From Lama glama (Eukaryota): a stretch of 64,000 bases of DNA. The stretch is from assembly GCA_028534125.1 (NCBI GenBank), contig CM052817.1:2916001-2980000 (forward strand). The letters are read 5' to 3'. The position numbers and the translations under genes were made by a program. Below the pieces are notes generated by a model. It did no database searches. It worked only from the letters and a program-made list of their open reading frames with translations, and was not told the origin of the DNA. Positions 1 through 11,210 of this stretch are shown piece after piece (positions within the stretch are counted from its first letter, which is position 1; the number at the start of each line of letters is the position of its first letter).

Positions 1-1683
1 CAGCAGCGTGCACCTGTCCCAGGGCCTCTGGAGTAAGTGGGCTCAGAGTGGCATGGTGGGGTGGCCTCTGCCGTGTCGGGAGGGGGCCTGACAACACGGC
101 GACTCAAAGCAGAAGCGGTTGAATGAAGAGCTATGGATAAACATCACGCAGGGAACCGGGGCCAGACATCTCTGGGTGCCCCTGCCTCTAAGCCTTTGCT
201 CAGCTGTGCCCTCCTCCTCATGTGCTACTTCTGCTTTTACATCCAACTCCCACTCCTGATTGCAGTTCGGCTCTAGCCCACTTCCTCCTGGAAGTCTTCT
301 GGCCTCCTTCTGGTCCTCTCCCTCCAGCACCCATACTCAGCTCCCCACAGTTAATTCCAGACCATCCAGGAGTCCTTTGGCAGAGCCCCTGGGAGAGCAT
401 TGATCTCTGCGCTCCTGTGACCTGGAACTCTCCAGTTAGCTGCTCCGCCCCCCGGGAGCTGGGTCAGAGGGTGTATGCAGTGGGTGCTCAGTACATGCTT
501 CTTGGATGAAAAGGGAGATTGTTAGTGGAAACGATCGGGCACCCGGGGAGTGCCCGCAGCTTGTGGATGTGGGCAGAGTGAGAGCGAGGCCGGGGCAGAA
601 AGGCACCTGCCTTCCCTCGAGAGGTGGCTCTTCCAGGACCAGAGATGGGGCTCAGGGGCCAGGAAGGGAGCCCAGTGCTCCAGGACCTGCTTCCACCAGG
701 CTCCCACTGCAGAACAGGGTTTTCAGAGCCCACCCTGCATGCAAGGTTGCTGTGGTGTCCCCAGTGTCTCCTCCTGGGACAGAGGAGGGATTTCTACTGA
801 TTTCCAGAGCCAGCCTCTTGCTCATACTCAAGCCCCTCTCCTATGTTAAAACCTCCTTCCCACCTGCCCACCATGTCTGCTACACTGAAAATCTGTGCAG
901 AGGAGATCGCACCTCCCACCTCCTAGGAGTCGAATGTTGGCCTCAGGGGCTGATAATACTTTTATCTGGAAATGAGGCAAGCTCACAACAGTTCCAGTTG
1001 GTGAAGTTGCGGCTTTGGAGCCTGCTAGGAGCGTCCTCCATTCAAACATTTCTCTCCAGCTGAGGTCTGGATTGATTGAATTTTTGAGAATTTGTTTCAC
1101 AAACAGTAGCACTATTGTAATTAAATTGGAAGTAGTCATCAAAAACTATAACAAAATTTGCAAAGGTCAGGATAAGTTTGAACAGTTTGTCCAGAACCTC
1201 CTGGCAGCCAAAGTAAAAAGGGAAATATGCCCAACCACAGACTTTTTGAAAATTTCAAGACTTTTTTAAAATGTCATGGGCAGAAAGGCTGCCCTTCCCA
1301 AATGGAAATTTATTTTAAAATATCAAATTTGTGTTTTCGAAGAACAAATATTCCACTGACCCCCAGATGGTCTAATAATATAATCTACCCCTTCTCCCCA
1401 TCCACAGTGAGAATCCCCCACTTACAACCTTTTTTTGTGTCTAGAAATCATTAACATTCATCACTAGCTCTTGGCTTCTGTGTGAATGTCTACGGATTCT
1501 TCCCAACTCCTGCCTCCTTTTGTCCCCAGGGCAGCCCTGCCAGGCAGGAGTGCCCCCTCTTTGTACAGGAGTGTGAGTGCCCTGAGCCTGATGGGGAGGC
1601 GGTGGGTGTGCTGAGTGTGCAGTGTCCAGCTTGGGAGTGGTGGGGCTGAGGTTTGAGCCAAGGCCTTTAAACTCCAAAGCAGG

Positions 1684-1819
1684 AAGGGGGAGGGTGTAGC
1701 TGAGTGGTAGAGTGTGTGCTTAGCATGCACAACATCCTGGGATCAATCCCCGGTACTTCCCTTTAAAAAAATAATGAATAAAATAAATAAACCTAATTAC
1801 CTTCTCGCCACCAAAAAAA
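1684..1819 (+). mobile_element. tRNA-derived SINE (camelid Vic-1-like) with 15-16 bp target-site duplication
   Basis: Head GGGGAGGGTGTAGCTGAGTGGTAGAG (A box 1697-1707), B-box-like GGATCAATCCC at ~1740, A-rich tail with AAATAAACCTAATTACC. Flanked by TAAACTCCAAAGCAGG at 1668-1683 and 1820-1835. Confidence 0.85.
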
Positions 1820-4800
1820 TAAACTCCAAAGCAGGGGAGCCTACCCTGCTGTGACCAGAGGCTTTCTGAGAAGGTGGCCTTTGTTCAGAAACTTGAAACA
1901 CAGGTTTCAGTAAGTGGGCGTTGAAGGGAGCAAAGACTGGACACCTGTGGCCTGTGCTAGGGGCAGCTGTCATCCCCATGTGAGTGGACAGGGGGCTGCT
2001 GTGTGGGGGCAGGGAACAGAAGTGAAAAAGCCAGGTGGCAGAGCCAGGCCAGGGAGCTCCCAGTGCATCCTGGAGGCAATGAGGAGCCATAGATGGCTAT
2101 TGGGGGAGGTAGTGCCAAGGCGGGTAGGGAGAGCTAGGAACACGAGCCTGAGCAGTGCGGTCTGCCTGGCAGGTGGTGGTGGCTGGGGGTGGCAAGCAGC
2201 CCCTCTTCCGCAGGGTGGGACGCTGCAGCTGGCCACCTTTGTGGGCTGCCTTCCCTGGGGGGTGGAGTGTGGCTGGCTGCTCCCGTGGCATCAAGCCTGG
2301 TGCCAGGGCCCTGAGCTTCCCTCTTCCACTCTCCAGCCTGAGCCTGTTGCTTAGCAACAGGATAAGCACTCCTTGCTGGATGCCCACGCCTTCCCCGAGG
2401 AGGGACACACCACTCCTTCCAGATGACCAGCCCCTCCGTTCACAACCGAGCATTCCAGGCTGCTTCTGCCCTGGACTGCCTCCCCCCCTGCCCTGGGGGG
2501 AGGGTCTTCTCCCAGAGAGCCCCCTTTGCTCCTGTTCAGGCTCGCCTTTTCAGGGCTCCTCCCTGACTCTCCAGCTCTGAACAAGTCACAGGGCTCAGAG
2601 AAGCCCAGCACCGTGCCAGTCTGGGGCAGCGAGAGTAGACCCCGCCACTCACCACCTGTGGGCCCTGGGCAAGCTAGGTCCCCTCTCTGGTCCTTGGGAA
2701 TGGAGGTGGGGTCAGCAGTGGATGTGAGTGGTAGCCTGGAGGGGCAGCCTGGGGTGGGAGCAGCCGGAGCTGGGAACCTGGGGCCTTGGACGGGGAGCAG
2801 CTCTGTCCGAGATGAGGCACCCTTGTGGCCAGTGCTTGGACTTGGCTTCACCTGCTGGGGCCCAGCCCAGCCAGGATGGGGTCACACCCAGAACCTGGGG
2901 TGACACTTGGAGCCAGGACCTGGAGGCCCACCAGAGTTGGGAAGGAAGAGGCATGGCCCTCGCACCTGTGCCCTCCGCTGGGTGTACACCAATGGGGTGG
3001 GGTCCTCAGGTCTTCCCAGATGGGTTTCACCACCTGGGCTGTGACCCTGGGAACCTCTGTGGCTTCTGCCCGAGAGAGGTTGCTGTTCAGGTACCTGGGA
3101 TTTGGGAACGGGACCTGAGCCCCAGCCCCCCTCTCAGAAGTGGGATGAGCCTTGCCTACGGTGAGGCTGTGAGGTTAAAGGAGAGGGTGGCATGGACAGA
3201 TGCGGAGGGGCCGGGGCCTGTGGGAGGAGCAGGCACTCGGGCTGATCTGTGGGGCGCTGGAGCCCCCAGGAACCAATGTCTTTCCCGGCACCCCCACAAC
3301 CACCACCTCCACCACCACCGCGCTGCAGGCAGGGTCGAGTCGCCAGTTCAGCATAGAGCCCAGTGTGTGGGGTACACTGGGACAGGTTTCATCTGTCCCG
3401 GCAGCTGCTTGCAGCTCCCCCTGCGGAGTCTGGGGTGCTTGGAGAAATTGCAGGCCAAGCCCATATTGTCTAACACCTTCAAGTGTTAGAACCCGGTGTT
3501 CTTGTGTTCGCCCCAGAGCCCCCCTCCGCTCCCCAACCTGGTTAGATCTGTGGAGCAGGGGGGTGAGTGGGACCTGACCCTGCACCCCACCCCCACCCTG
3601 AGCTCACCACTGGGGCTCAGAGAGGCTACCTGGCACATCCCGGGTGTCTTGCAAGTTAGTGGCAGAGCCAGGCCTTGAACGCATGACTAGGTCTGCTACA
3701 GGAAGGTGCACTTGAGGGGAAACAGGGAAAGTGTTTGGAAGGCTCTAGAAGGGTCCTACGAGGGGAGGGCCCCAGGCTCATTCCCTGCTGCGATGGCAGA
3801 GCCAGGCCCTGGGCTCAGGCGTGAGTGGGCTGCAGGTTTGGCCCTTCCTGGTGACCTCTGCCCTAGGCAGTGGGAACACACTCTCTCAAGGACATCCCTG
3901 TCATTTGCAAAGTCATGCGAAGCTGTGCTGAGCTCCAGATGTGTTTAGAACATGCTGACTGCTGTTCCCATGACAACGGTCCTTGCACCTTGCTCTTGCC
4001 TCTGCGTTTACTGCTCACTGTTAGTGAGACTCTGCTCAGCGTTGACTGGAACCAGTCGGGGGGCTGTGGGCCAGGTGTGACGTCCACGTCCCCCCGCAGC
4101 TGCCGGTGGCAAATCACCCGGAGCCTGTCCCCTGGGGGAGAGCACGCTGCTGACACGCAGCGGGCAGAATGGCAAAGTATCCGCCTCTCGCAAGGTCTTC
4201 CTCCTGCGACAGCAGCAGTCGTGATGAGAGTGTCCAGCCTCGCGTGCGCTGTTCTCTCTCTCACTGTTATCAAGCCCACCCTTCTCCCCCCGGGCCTGGG
4301 CCCGCCAGCTCTCCTTAGCCAGCTGCGTGAGTCTGGTACTGTTCACAGCTCCGTAAATTGTGTTCCCATTTCAGTGGGCACAGAGAGGTGAAATGACTCG
4401 GCCACAGTCACACAGCTGGTGGGCGCAGCCTGGCTCCGAGGTCCGTGCTTCCAGCCACTCCTGAGGCCTGGCTCTGACCTGAGCTGAGATCCGGAGCAGG
4501 AGCTCGGGCAGAGGGCAGAGTGTCCTGTGTCCTAGGTGTGGCACAGGCAGCCACAGAAGACCTGGGGCAGGAGGGCTTCCTGGGAGAGGCGCCCTGGCAG
4601 GCGAGCACTCGGAGGGCATGGCGGGTGGGGGCTCCAGCCTCTCTCATGCGGCACAGTGAGTTTCAAAGTCCACCTGCCAACAGAAGAGGAAAGTGGGGCC
4701 ACCCAGACCCACTGCCATCAGGCACCCTGCTGCCTAAGCCACTCCCTTTCGGGGCAGCCCCCATGGCTGTCAGTGTGATCCTGTCCATCTCTGGAAGGTG

Positions 4801-5063
4801 GGGTCTCTGTCTCCTCATCCCAGTATCCCCCGCTTATGGTCCAGGCTGCATGCAGTCATTGCTCAGTGCATGCAGGAATGAACCCCAGCATGTGTCTTCT
4901 ACATGCTCACACTCACAGTCATGTATCAGGGTCCTTTAACAGCTCCTGGCCGGACGGTCCACCCTGTCCTGTCCCCTGGCCCACTCCAGATGCCCGTGTG
5001 GTGTCTGAGGTCCCACTCCTCTCGCCCACGAGGGTGACATCTGTGCTCCATTCTTTCTTGCAG

Positions 5064-5190
5064 GTTGCGGGGGCTGCGGCGCAGAGATCAAAAACGGCCA
5101 GTCCCTGGTGGCCTTGGACAAGCACTGGCATTTGGGCTGTTTCAAGTGCAAGACGTGCGGGAAACAACTGAACGCGGAGTACATCAGCAA
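5064..5190 (+). CDS. ABLIM2: ABLIM2 coding exon (human exon 5 equivalent), LIM3 N-terminal part
   Basis: ttcttgcag|GT acceptor, AA|gtgagt donor, 127 nt. Encodes CGGCGAEIKNGQSLVALDKHWHLGCFKCKTCGKQLNAEYIS(K), a CxxC..HxxCxxCxxC LIM motif matching ABLIM2. Confidence 0.97.
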
Positions 5191-5879
5191 GTGAGTGGGG
5201 TGCCCGCTGGGCCTGCCATCAGGGGTGGGGCAGGGTCCCCCTGTACCCGCCTTGTGCCCTCCACCCTTCTCCTGCCCTCCTCCTGGCTACTCCGTCTGTG
5301 TGAGGCCAGGAACCCCATCCTGGACCGGCGCGTTTGCCCGTGGCCAGTGCCCTCTTGCCGCCAGCCTCACTTCCTTGACGTGGTTTGCAGAGACTCCCAT
5401 GCCGTTTCTGTTCACTGACACAGAGATGTTAGCGCTCCCATCTTTAACCTTGTGAAACACCTCCCCACGCCGCCCCTGGGTGTCACCCTCCCTGTGGAAC
5501 TGCCCCCTTTGCTGGTGCCCGGAGACCCTGCAGAGTAATAAGTGGACATCAGCTGATGCCAGCAGCATCAGGGCAGCCCTGTCTCAGGTGTCACACGTGT
5601 AACGGCACAGCCCCACGCGCTGTCTTCTGCTCCCGCTGGCCAGCACGGTCTCCCTGACGTGTGGTCAGGAGGCGGCGGGGAGAGAGCCTTCTGGAGATCA
5701 GGGCCTGAACAGGGCAGCTGGTCTGCCAGGCAAGGGTGCATTTTAATCCTGGAATATCAGGAACTGAGAAGTGTAAGCCCCAGACAGCACAGGGGAGGGA
5801 AGAGTTAGGGGGTGGGCTCAAAGGCGCAGAGTGCAGAGCAGCTCCCTCCTGCAAGTGAGGGACTTTTTTGGCAACTTCC

Positions 5880-6220
5880 GTCAGAGACTATGCTCGCTTC
5901 TGATGCTCCGAGGGAACAGAGCCATCACAGGAGACGAATGGGTTAAAAAAAATACCTGCAATAAAACTGTACAGAATGAAACACACGTACACGCGTGCAC
6001 ACACCACAGGCACACACTCGTGCACGTGAGAGTGCATGCCACACCGAGGGAATCCGAATCAGGTGGCTGCGTGATCCCATGTCCATTCCCCAGTGGACCT
6101 GTGCTTGGCTGCTGTGAGATGAGACCACTGGGGGAACCTGGGGAAGCCCACACTGGGTTTCTCTGTATCGTTTCTTTCAAGTGCATGTGGATCTACAATC
6201 ATCTCAAACTAAAACATTGT
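5880..6220 (+). mobile_element. Old L1 (L1M-type) 3' end fragment
   Basis: GGGGAACCTGGGGAAG...TCTCTGTATCGTTTCTTTCAAGTGCATGTGGATCTACAATCATCTCAAACTAAAA resembles L1MC/ME 3' termini. Boundaries approximate. Confidence 0.55.
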
Positions 6221-7369
6221 CACTGAAGGTCCCCAAACTGACATGAGCCTCTGTCCAGGCTGGGTCAGGCTGAGTGAGTGTCTGGCCACTGGGGCCAGGA
6301 CCTGTTGCCTCTGTCACGGTGAAGGGAAGGAGTGAGTGACACAGAAGGCAGCCTGGGGGACTGGACAGAGCACTTAAAATAAAATAAAATCAGGCCCAGC
6401 CCCCAGCACACCGCAGCCCCGCTCACGCGCGGAGGTAGCTCACCCACGCTTAGCAGCCTCGGAACTGCCCCGATTCACGAGGAGGGTGTGGGCGTTGCCA
6501 TGGGGACGTTATCGCTGCATGTACAGCCACTTGCAGGGGCGAGGAGGGGCCCGAGGTCAGGGTCTTTGACGGTGGGCCCTGAGGGCCCAGCTCACACACT
6601 CCCTCTCCTGTGGAAGGGAGGGTTGCTTCCTCCCTGACGGTGCAGCCCAGAGGCTGGGACCCAGCACCAGGTCGTTCCCCTCCTGCCAGCATCCGTGTGA
6701 TTCACAGTCCAGAGCTTTGAGGAAAAGAAGGCTCTAGTCTCCCGACAGCTTGAGAAATTTTACCTTCCGCTGGCGGCTGTGCAAAAATCAAACCCAATCT
6801 GGGACTAACACTGCAGGCTCAGCAGTGCTGGGAGGGAGATGCCCAGGTTAATGGATGCTCTCCGCCGCACCTCCCACCATGCCCGTCTCCTGATGGGCGG
6901 GGCCTGGGGCCAGGTGGACAGCCTTGCTTAGCGGTGATAAGGACAGTGGCCTCAGCCACTGAGTGACAGGTGCCTGCCAAGCACTGGGCACTGGCCACAC
7001 CTGGTCTTACTTAGTTCATGCTCTTATGTCTCCCATTTTACAGGTGGGGAAGCTGAGGCCCCGGCAGGTGAAGTGACCGCTGGGACTGGGCACTTGAGTG
7101 CAAGCCTGTGCACTTCACTGCTGCCCGCCAGCGCCTCCCCACGTGGAGCGGTAGCACCACCACGGAGCCCTCCTGCCCCGCCCTCACTGCCACTTGTCCT
7201 GCTGACCTCAGAATGATGCCAGTTGACTTTTGATGAGTTCCCACATTGCCAAATACCGTACAGGCCTTGCATCTGCATTTCCTTCCATCAGCCGCCCTGT
7301 AGACCAGCTGTTTACTTGCAGTTCAGTTAATGGGGCTCAACATTGAAGCAACCAGCCCACGGCTGCCCA

Positions 7370-7610
7370 GTGTCGACTGAAATAAAGTGCCCAACCTAAA
7401 AGTTGAGTTATGTTTTATTCAGCGGACTCCCTGAGGGCTCGAGCCCGGGACACAGCCTCTCAGGCTGCTGTAAGAGACTGTTCCAAAGCACAAGGGAGAA
7501 GCCAGGATACGTAGGCATTTTTGCAACATAGACCAGGTAGTCGGAACATCAAAAGATTACTTTTCATTAAAGAAAACCAGATGTCTCAAGTTAAGGAATT
7601 TGGCACACCT
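7370..7610 (-). mobile_element. ERV LTR fragment (artiodactyl ERV1-like)
   Basis: AT-richer block starting TGTCGACTGAAATAAAGTGCCCAACCTAAAAGTTGAG...TTATGTTTTATTCAGCGGAC, resembling an LTR terminus. Subfamily not determined. Confidence 0.5.
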
Positions 7611-7860
7611 CAGTTTCTCCACTTGTGAAATGGGATGATCTTTGTGGTATTTCTCGTGGGGCTGCTGTGATGATGGAGGGGGCCCTGCTGGCACCTCTGA
7701 GTCCCCAGTACATGCTGTCTGAGGGTCGTGGTGTTATCTGGAGCAGGGGAAGTGGGTGTTTCCCCCTTGGACATGGCCCTTCCCACTGGGGAGGGCTGTC
7801 ATCGGAGCTTGGGGGTCCTCAGATGCCCCCCACCCATCCTGACTGCCAGCTTTGTTGCAG

Positions 7861-7954
7861 GGACGGGCTGCCCTACTGCGAGGCCGACTATCACACCAAG
7901 TTCGGGATCCGCTGTGACGGCTGCGAGAAGTACATCACGGGGCACGTGCTGGAG
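7861..7954 (+). CDS. ABLIM2: ABLIM2 coding exon (exon 6 equivalent), end of LIM3 and start of LIM4
   Basis: tttgttgcag|G acceptor, GAG|gtaagc donor, 94 nt. Encodes DGLPYCEADYHTKFGIRCDGCEKYITGHVLE, in frame with the previous exon. Confidence 0.97.
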
Positions 7955-9119
7955 GTAAGCGCAGCCCAGAAGGAATTCAGAGACGAGACGCAGAGGATAA
8001 GAAAGTAAAGTGGGAATTTAGTAAGGGGTGGATAGGACACTCTAAAGCAGAGACCAGGCGGGCTCAGGTGAGCCGGTGCCCTAAGTTTCTTTGGCAAGTT
8101 GGTTACATAGGGTGTAAAAATGAGTGGACAGAATATTCATGGGGGAGGGAGGGGTTTGGGGTCATATTCTCTGATTTTCATCCCAGCTCCACCTTCCCAA
8201 AGGAAGGAGGGATTTTTGTCCTTATTTAGTCTGGATCAGAAGTGTCATGGCATCGGTGCATGCTGGGTACTTCTAATCTGCAAGGCTAATTTTATTGAAA
8301 TGAGGGCATAATGAGCAAAAGGTGGACCCTCCAGCCACCCTCCCTGACAAAGTCTTCTGAGCCCAGGAAAGCCTGGGTAGGATTTGCATTTTTAAAAAGT
8401 CCCTTAGATTGCTGCTGAGGCCTGACTGGAGGCCAGCCAGGAAGGGAAGGGCATTCCTGCACCTCTCAGGGCTCCTGCCCCACAGCTGGAGCCCAGCCTG
8501 CAGCGGGGCCCAGATGCCTTGGTGGAGCTGCACGTTGGGCAGTGAGCTGCTTTTCTGGAAATTACACTCGACATCAGAGCAGGAGGGACAGCGTTGCACC
8601 GGGGCCTTAGCTCTGGGGAGGCAGAGAGGGAAAAGGAGTGGGCACCCCATCCAGAGGGCCATGTTGCCCTCCCCACCATCTCCCTCATTTCCTGGCCACC
8701 AAGCCAGGCATGGTCGCCAGGCTCTGTGCGGAGCTGTGCCCTCCTCTGCCCAAAGGCCTCCATGGATGAGTGTGATTACACACTCATTGATTGAACAGAG
8801 CCCCGTCATAGAATGGGTCAGAACCCTCAGGAAGCCAGTGGGACATGTGTGAGGTGTCCCTCAGCTCAGTGCTGGCCCCGGAGTAGCCGGCGAGGTGCAC
8901 TGTTGTCATCAGGCCGTCAGCGGGCCTCCCCCGATGGACCGGATCGGGAGGGTTAGGGGACCCCGTCTGCAGAGTAAGCATCCCCAGTACTGAATGCTGG
9001 GCTGGGCTGGGCCGGGCCAAATAGACTTTGGGGGTTTGGAGCCATGAATGCCCCCCCCCCGCGCTCTGGTTAATTGACAGGAAGGGACTGCCTGAATGGC
9101 GAGGAGCAGGAGAAAAGCA

Positions 9120-9425
9120 GGTCTGCGGGGGCGGGGGGATCAAAGAGCCTCCCAGGGAAGATTTAATGCGCTTGTTTTCGCCTCTGCCGGCAAGTTCCGT
9201 GGTGTGCGGAGAGGCCGAGTCGGCGCGGGCCCTGCGCAGCTCTGAGCATCCTCCCCAGCGAGGCGGCAGCTGCGGCGGGAGGGCGGCGGGCGGCGGGCGG
9301 AGACGCGCCGGCTCCCTCCGCAGAAGGGGAGCACCCCCCGCGGTGGCATCTCCCAAGCCCGGCCCAGAGCGTGCTGGCGCCCCGCGGGGCGGGCCGCGGG
9401 CTACTGGGAGCGGCAGGAGGCAGGT
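9120..9425 (+). promoter_or_regulatory. Small intronic CpG island, candidate internal promoter or alternative first exon
   Basis: Dense CpG and GC boxes (GGCGGCGGGCGGCGGGCGG, GGGGCGGGCC) ending at a donor-like CAG|GTGATG at 9424. Confidence 0.55.
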
Positions 9426-11072
9426 GATGGGACCTGGAAAAGAAGGAAAAGGATCCAGACCACTGGCTGAAGGGTGAAGGTGTCCATCCTCACCATCACG
9501 CTGCCCGTTGCTGCCAACCTGTTCCGGAAAGGGGCACTGGACAGGGTTCGAGGGGCCGACCGGTAGGACTGGACTCTGGTGCCAGGACCCCGTGCAGGTA
9601 GGAAGCTCCTAGGTCTGACAAGGAGCCACGCAGGCTGTAGGTGGGTCGGCTTGCCAGGAGCTGGCCGATCAGCCAGCAGGGAGAGCCCCAAGCACCCGCC
9701 ACCCACCTCGTCCTGCCCTGCAAGCTGCTTTCCTCTCCGGAGCCCAAGCAGGAGAGCAGCCGGGCCCCTCCCCCGCCCCCTGCAGGCGCCCTCAATCTGT
9801 GCCGCGTCTGCGTGTGCTGGGCCCAGTGCCACCTTCTGCTGGGTGCCAGCCGCCAGCCGCCTTGCCGGCCCGCCCAAGAAATGCGCATTTGGTGGTGGCG
9901 GTGCGGTTCCCCCCACCCCCACCCCGCTCCCCCCACCCAGTCATTCCTAAATATTTAGCATCCTCTACCTCGAGCTTTCCCGCTTCCCATGGATCTGGGG
10001 TGATTGCCTGGATGAGCCTGCTCTGTGCTGGGTGTGGAGGAGCGTCCTGGGGTCCGGTGGGGACCTGGGAGGGGCTGACATCGGCCCCCACCCCGTTGCC
10101 GAGATGGATGGCTAGGCATGTGGGGAGAGCCGAGGTGGGTGGCTGGGAGCAGCCCTGCTGCAGAGCTGGCTCCGGGGGATGGCGTTGCTCTCAGAGAGAG
10201 CTGAAAGGTGGCTTGGTGAATTGCTGGGGGACGGTGGTTTAGTGGGACCCACTAGACCAGAGTTTGATAAGGGGGAGGATGTGTTGAGTGAGGGGGAGTC
10301 CCTGGCTCAGGCCCTGCCACCACCTTGTTCTCTACTTGTTCTCCCAGGATTATCAGGACCACTTCCGGCACAGGTGGGAGGGGTGGGGTGGGGGCTGGGA
10401 GCGCTTCTGGCTCAGCCCTGCCCTCCTTAACCATGGCGATGCCGCTGGCTGAGCCCACCTGTCTCCTGCAGCCTGGCTGTCTCCATGGTAACGAGAAGCC
10501 CAGGGCCCCTGAGGACCACTAATTAATGCCTTCCTCGAGTTATTCCTTCGTCTCTGCTTCCCTCCTCCAGCCTCCCTTCCTCCCTTCCTTCCGCTCCTCC
10601 TTCCTCAATCCACCACTCACCTCACAGACCCTTCCTGAGCACTCACCACGTCCCACCCTGGCCTGGAGGAGCCCTGCAGGGAGGGGGCCGCCCAGGTCCG
10701 GCAGCCAGCTGGACACTTCTCCTCCGTTTCACATAGACCATCTCCTACAACTCCAGGTGCTGGGTTCTTTGGTCCCTCCTTCTTCGCACCTTCCTTTTCC
10801 CCCTTGCAAACGGGCAGGACTTAAATCACTGGACTTTAAATCCTGTGTTCCAAACCAATAAAGGTGTTTCCTAAGGACAGAAGTGAAGTCAACTGCCCAA
10901 GGCCCCAGCTTCTCTCTTTTTAGAAAAAATTTAGTGAATGTGTTTATTTTAAAAACATGCTCAGAAGAAATATCTGTTTATCATAAAATAAACCAGAAAA
11001 CCATCCACAGTGAACACCATCACCCAGAAAAACTGTTAGCATTTAGATGTCATCCTTTTAGAGTGTGCACGT

Positions 11073-11210
11073 ATACACACACGGTGAGACACACACAGAC
11101 ACAGAGACACACAGACTGAGAGACACACATAGACACACACAAAGACACAGAGACACACGCACAGACACAGAGACACACACAGACTCAGAGACACACACAG
11201 ACACACTCAG
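11073..11210. repeat. (CA/GA)-rich degenerate microsatellite
   Basis: Repeated ACACACAGACACAGAGACAC units. Confidence 0.9.

Noticed and set aside
1686..1760. tRNA-like sequence
   Set aside because: It is the head of a SINE with an A-rich tail and target-site duplication, not a tRNA gene.
1..5063. Search for upstream ABLIM2 exons (LIM1/LIM2)
   Set aside because: No matching coding sequence with splice sites seen; these exons presumably lie before the window.
9947..9958. Palindrome CTAAATATTTAG as a MEF2 site
   Set aside because: Spacing does not fit YTA(A/T)4TAR and there is no other support.
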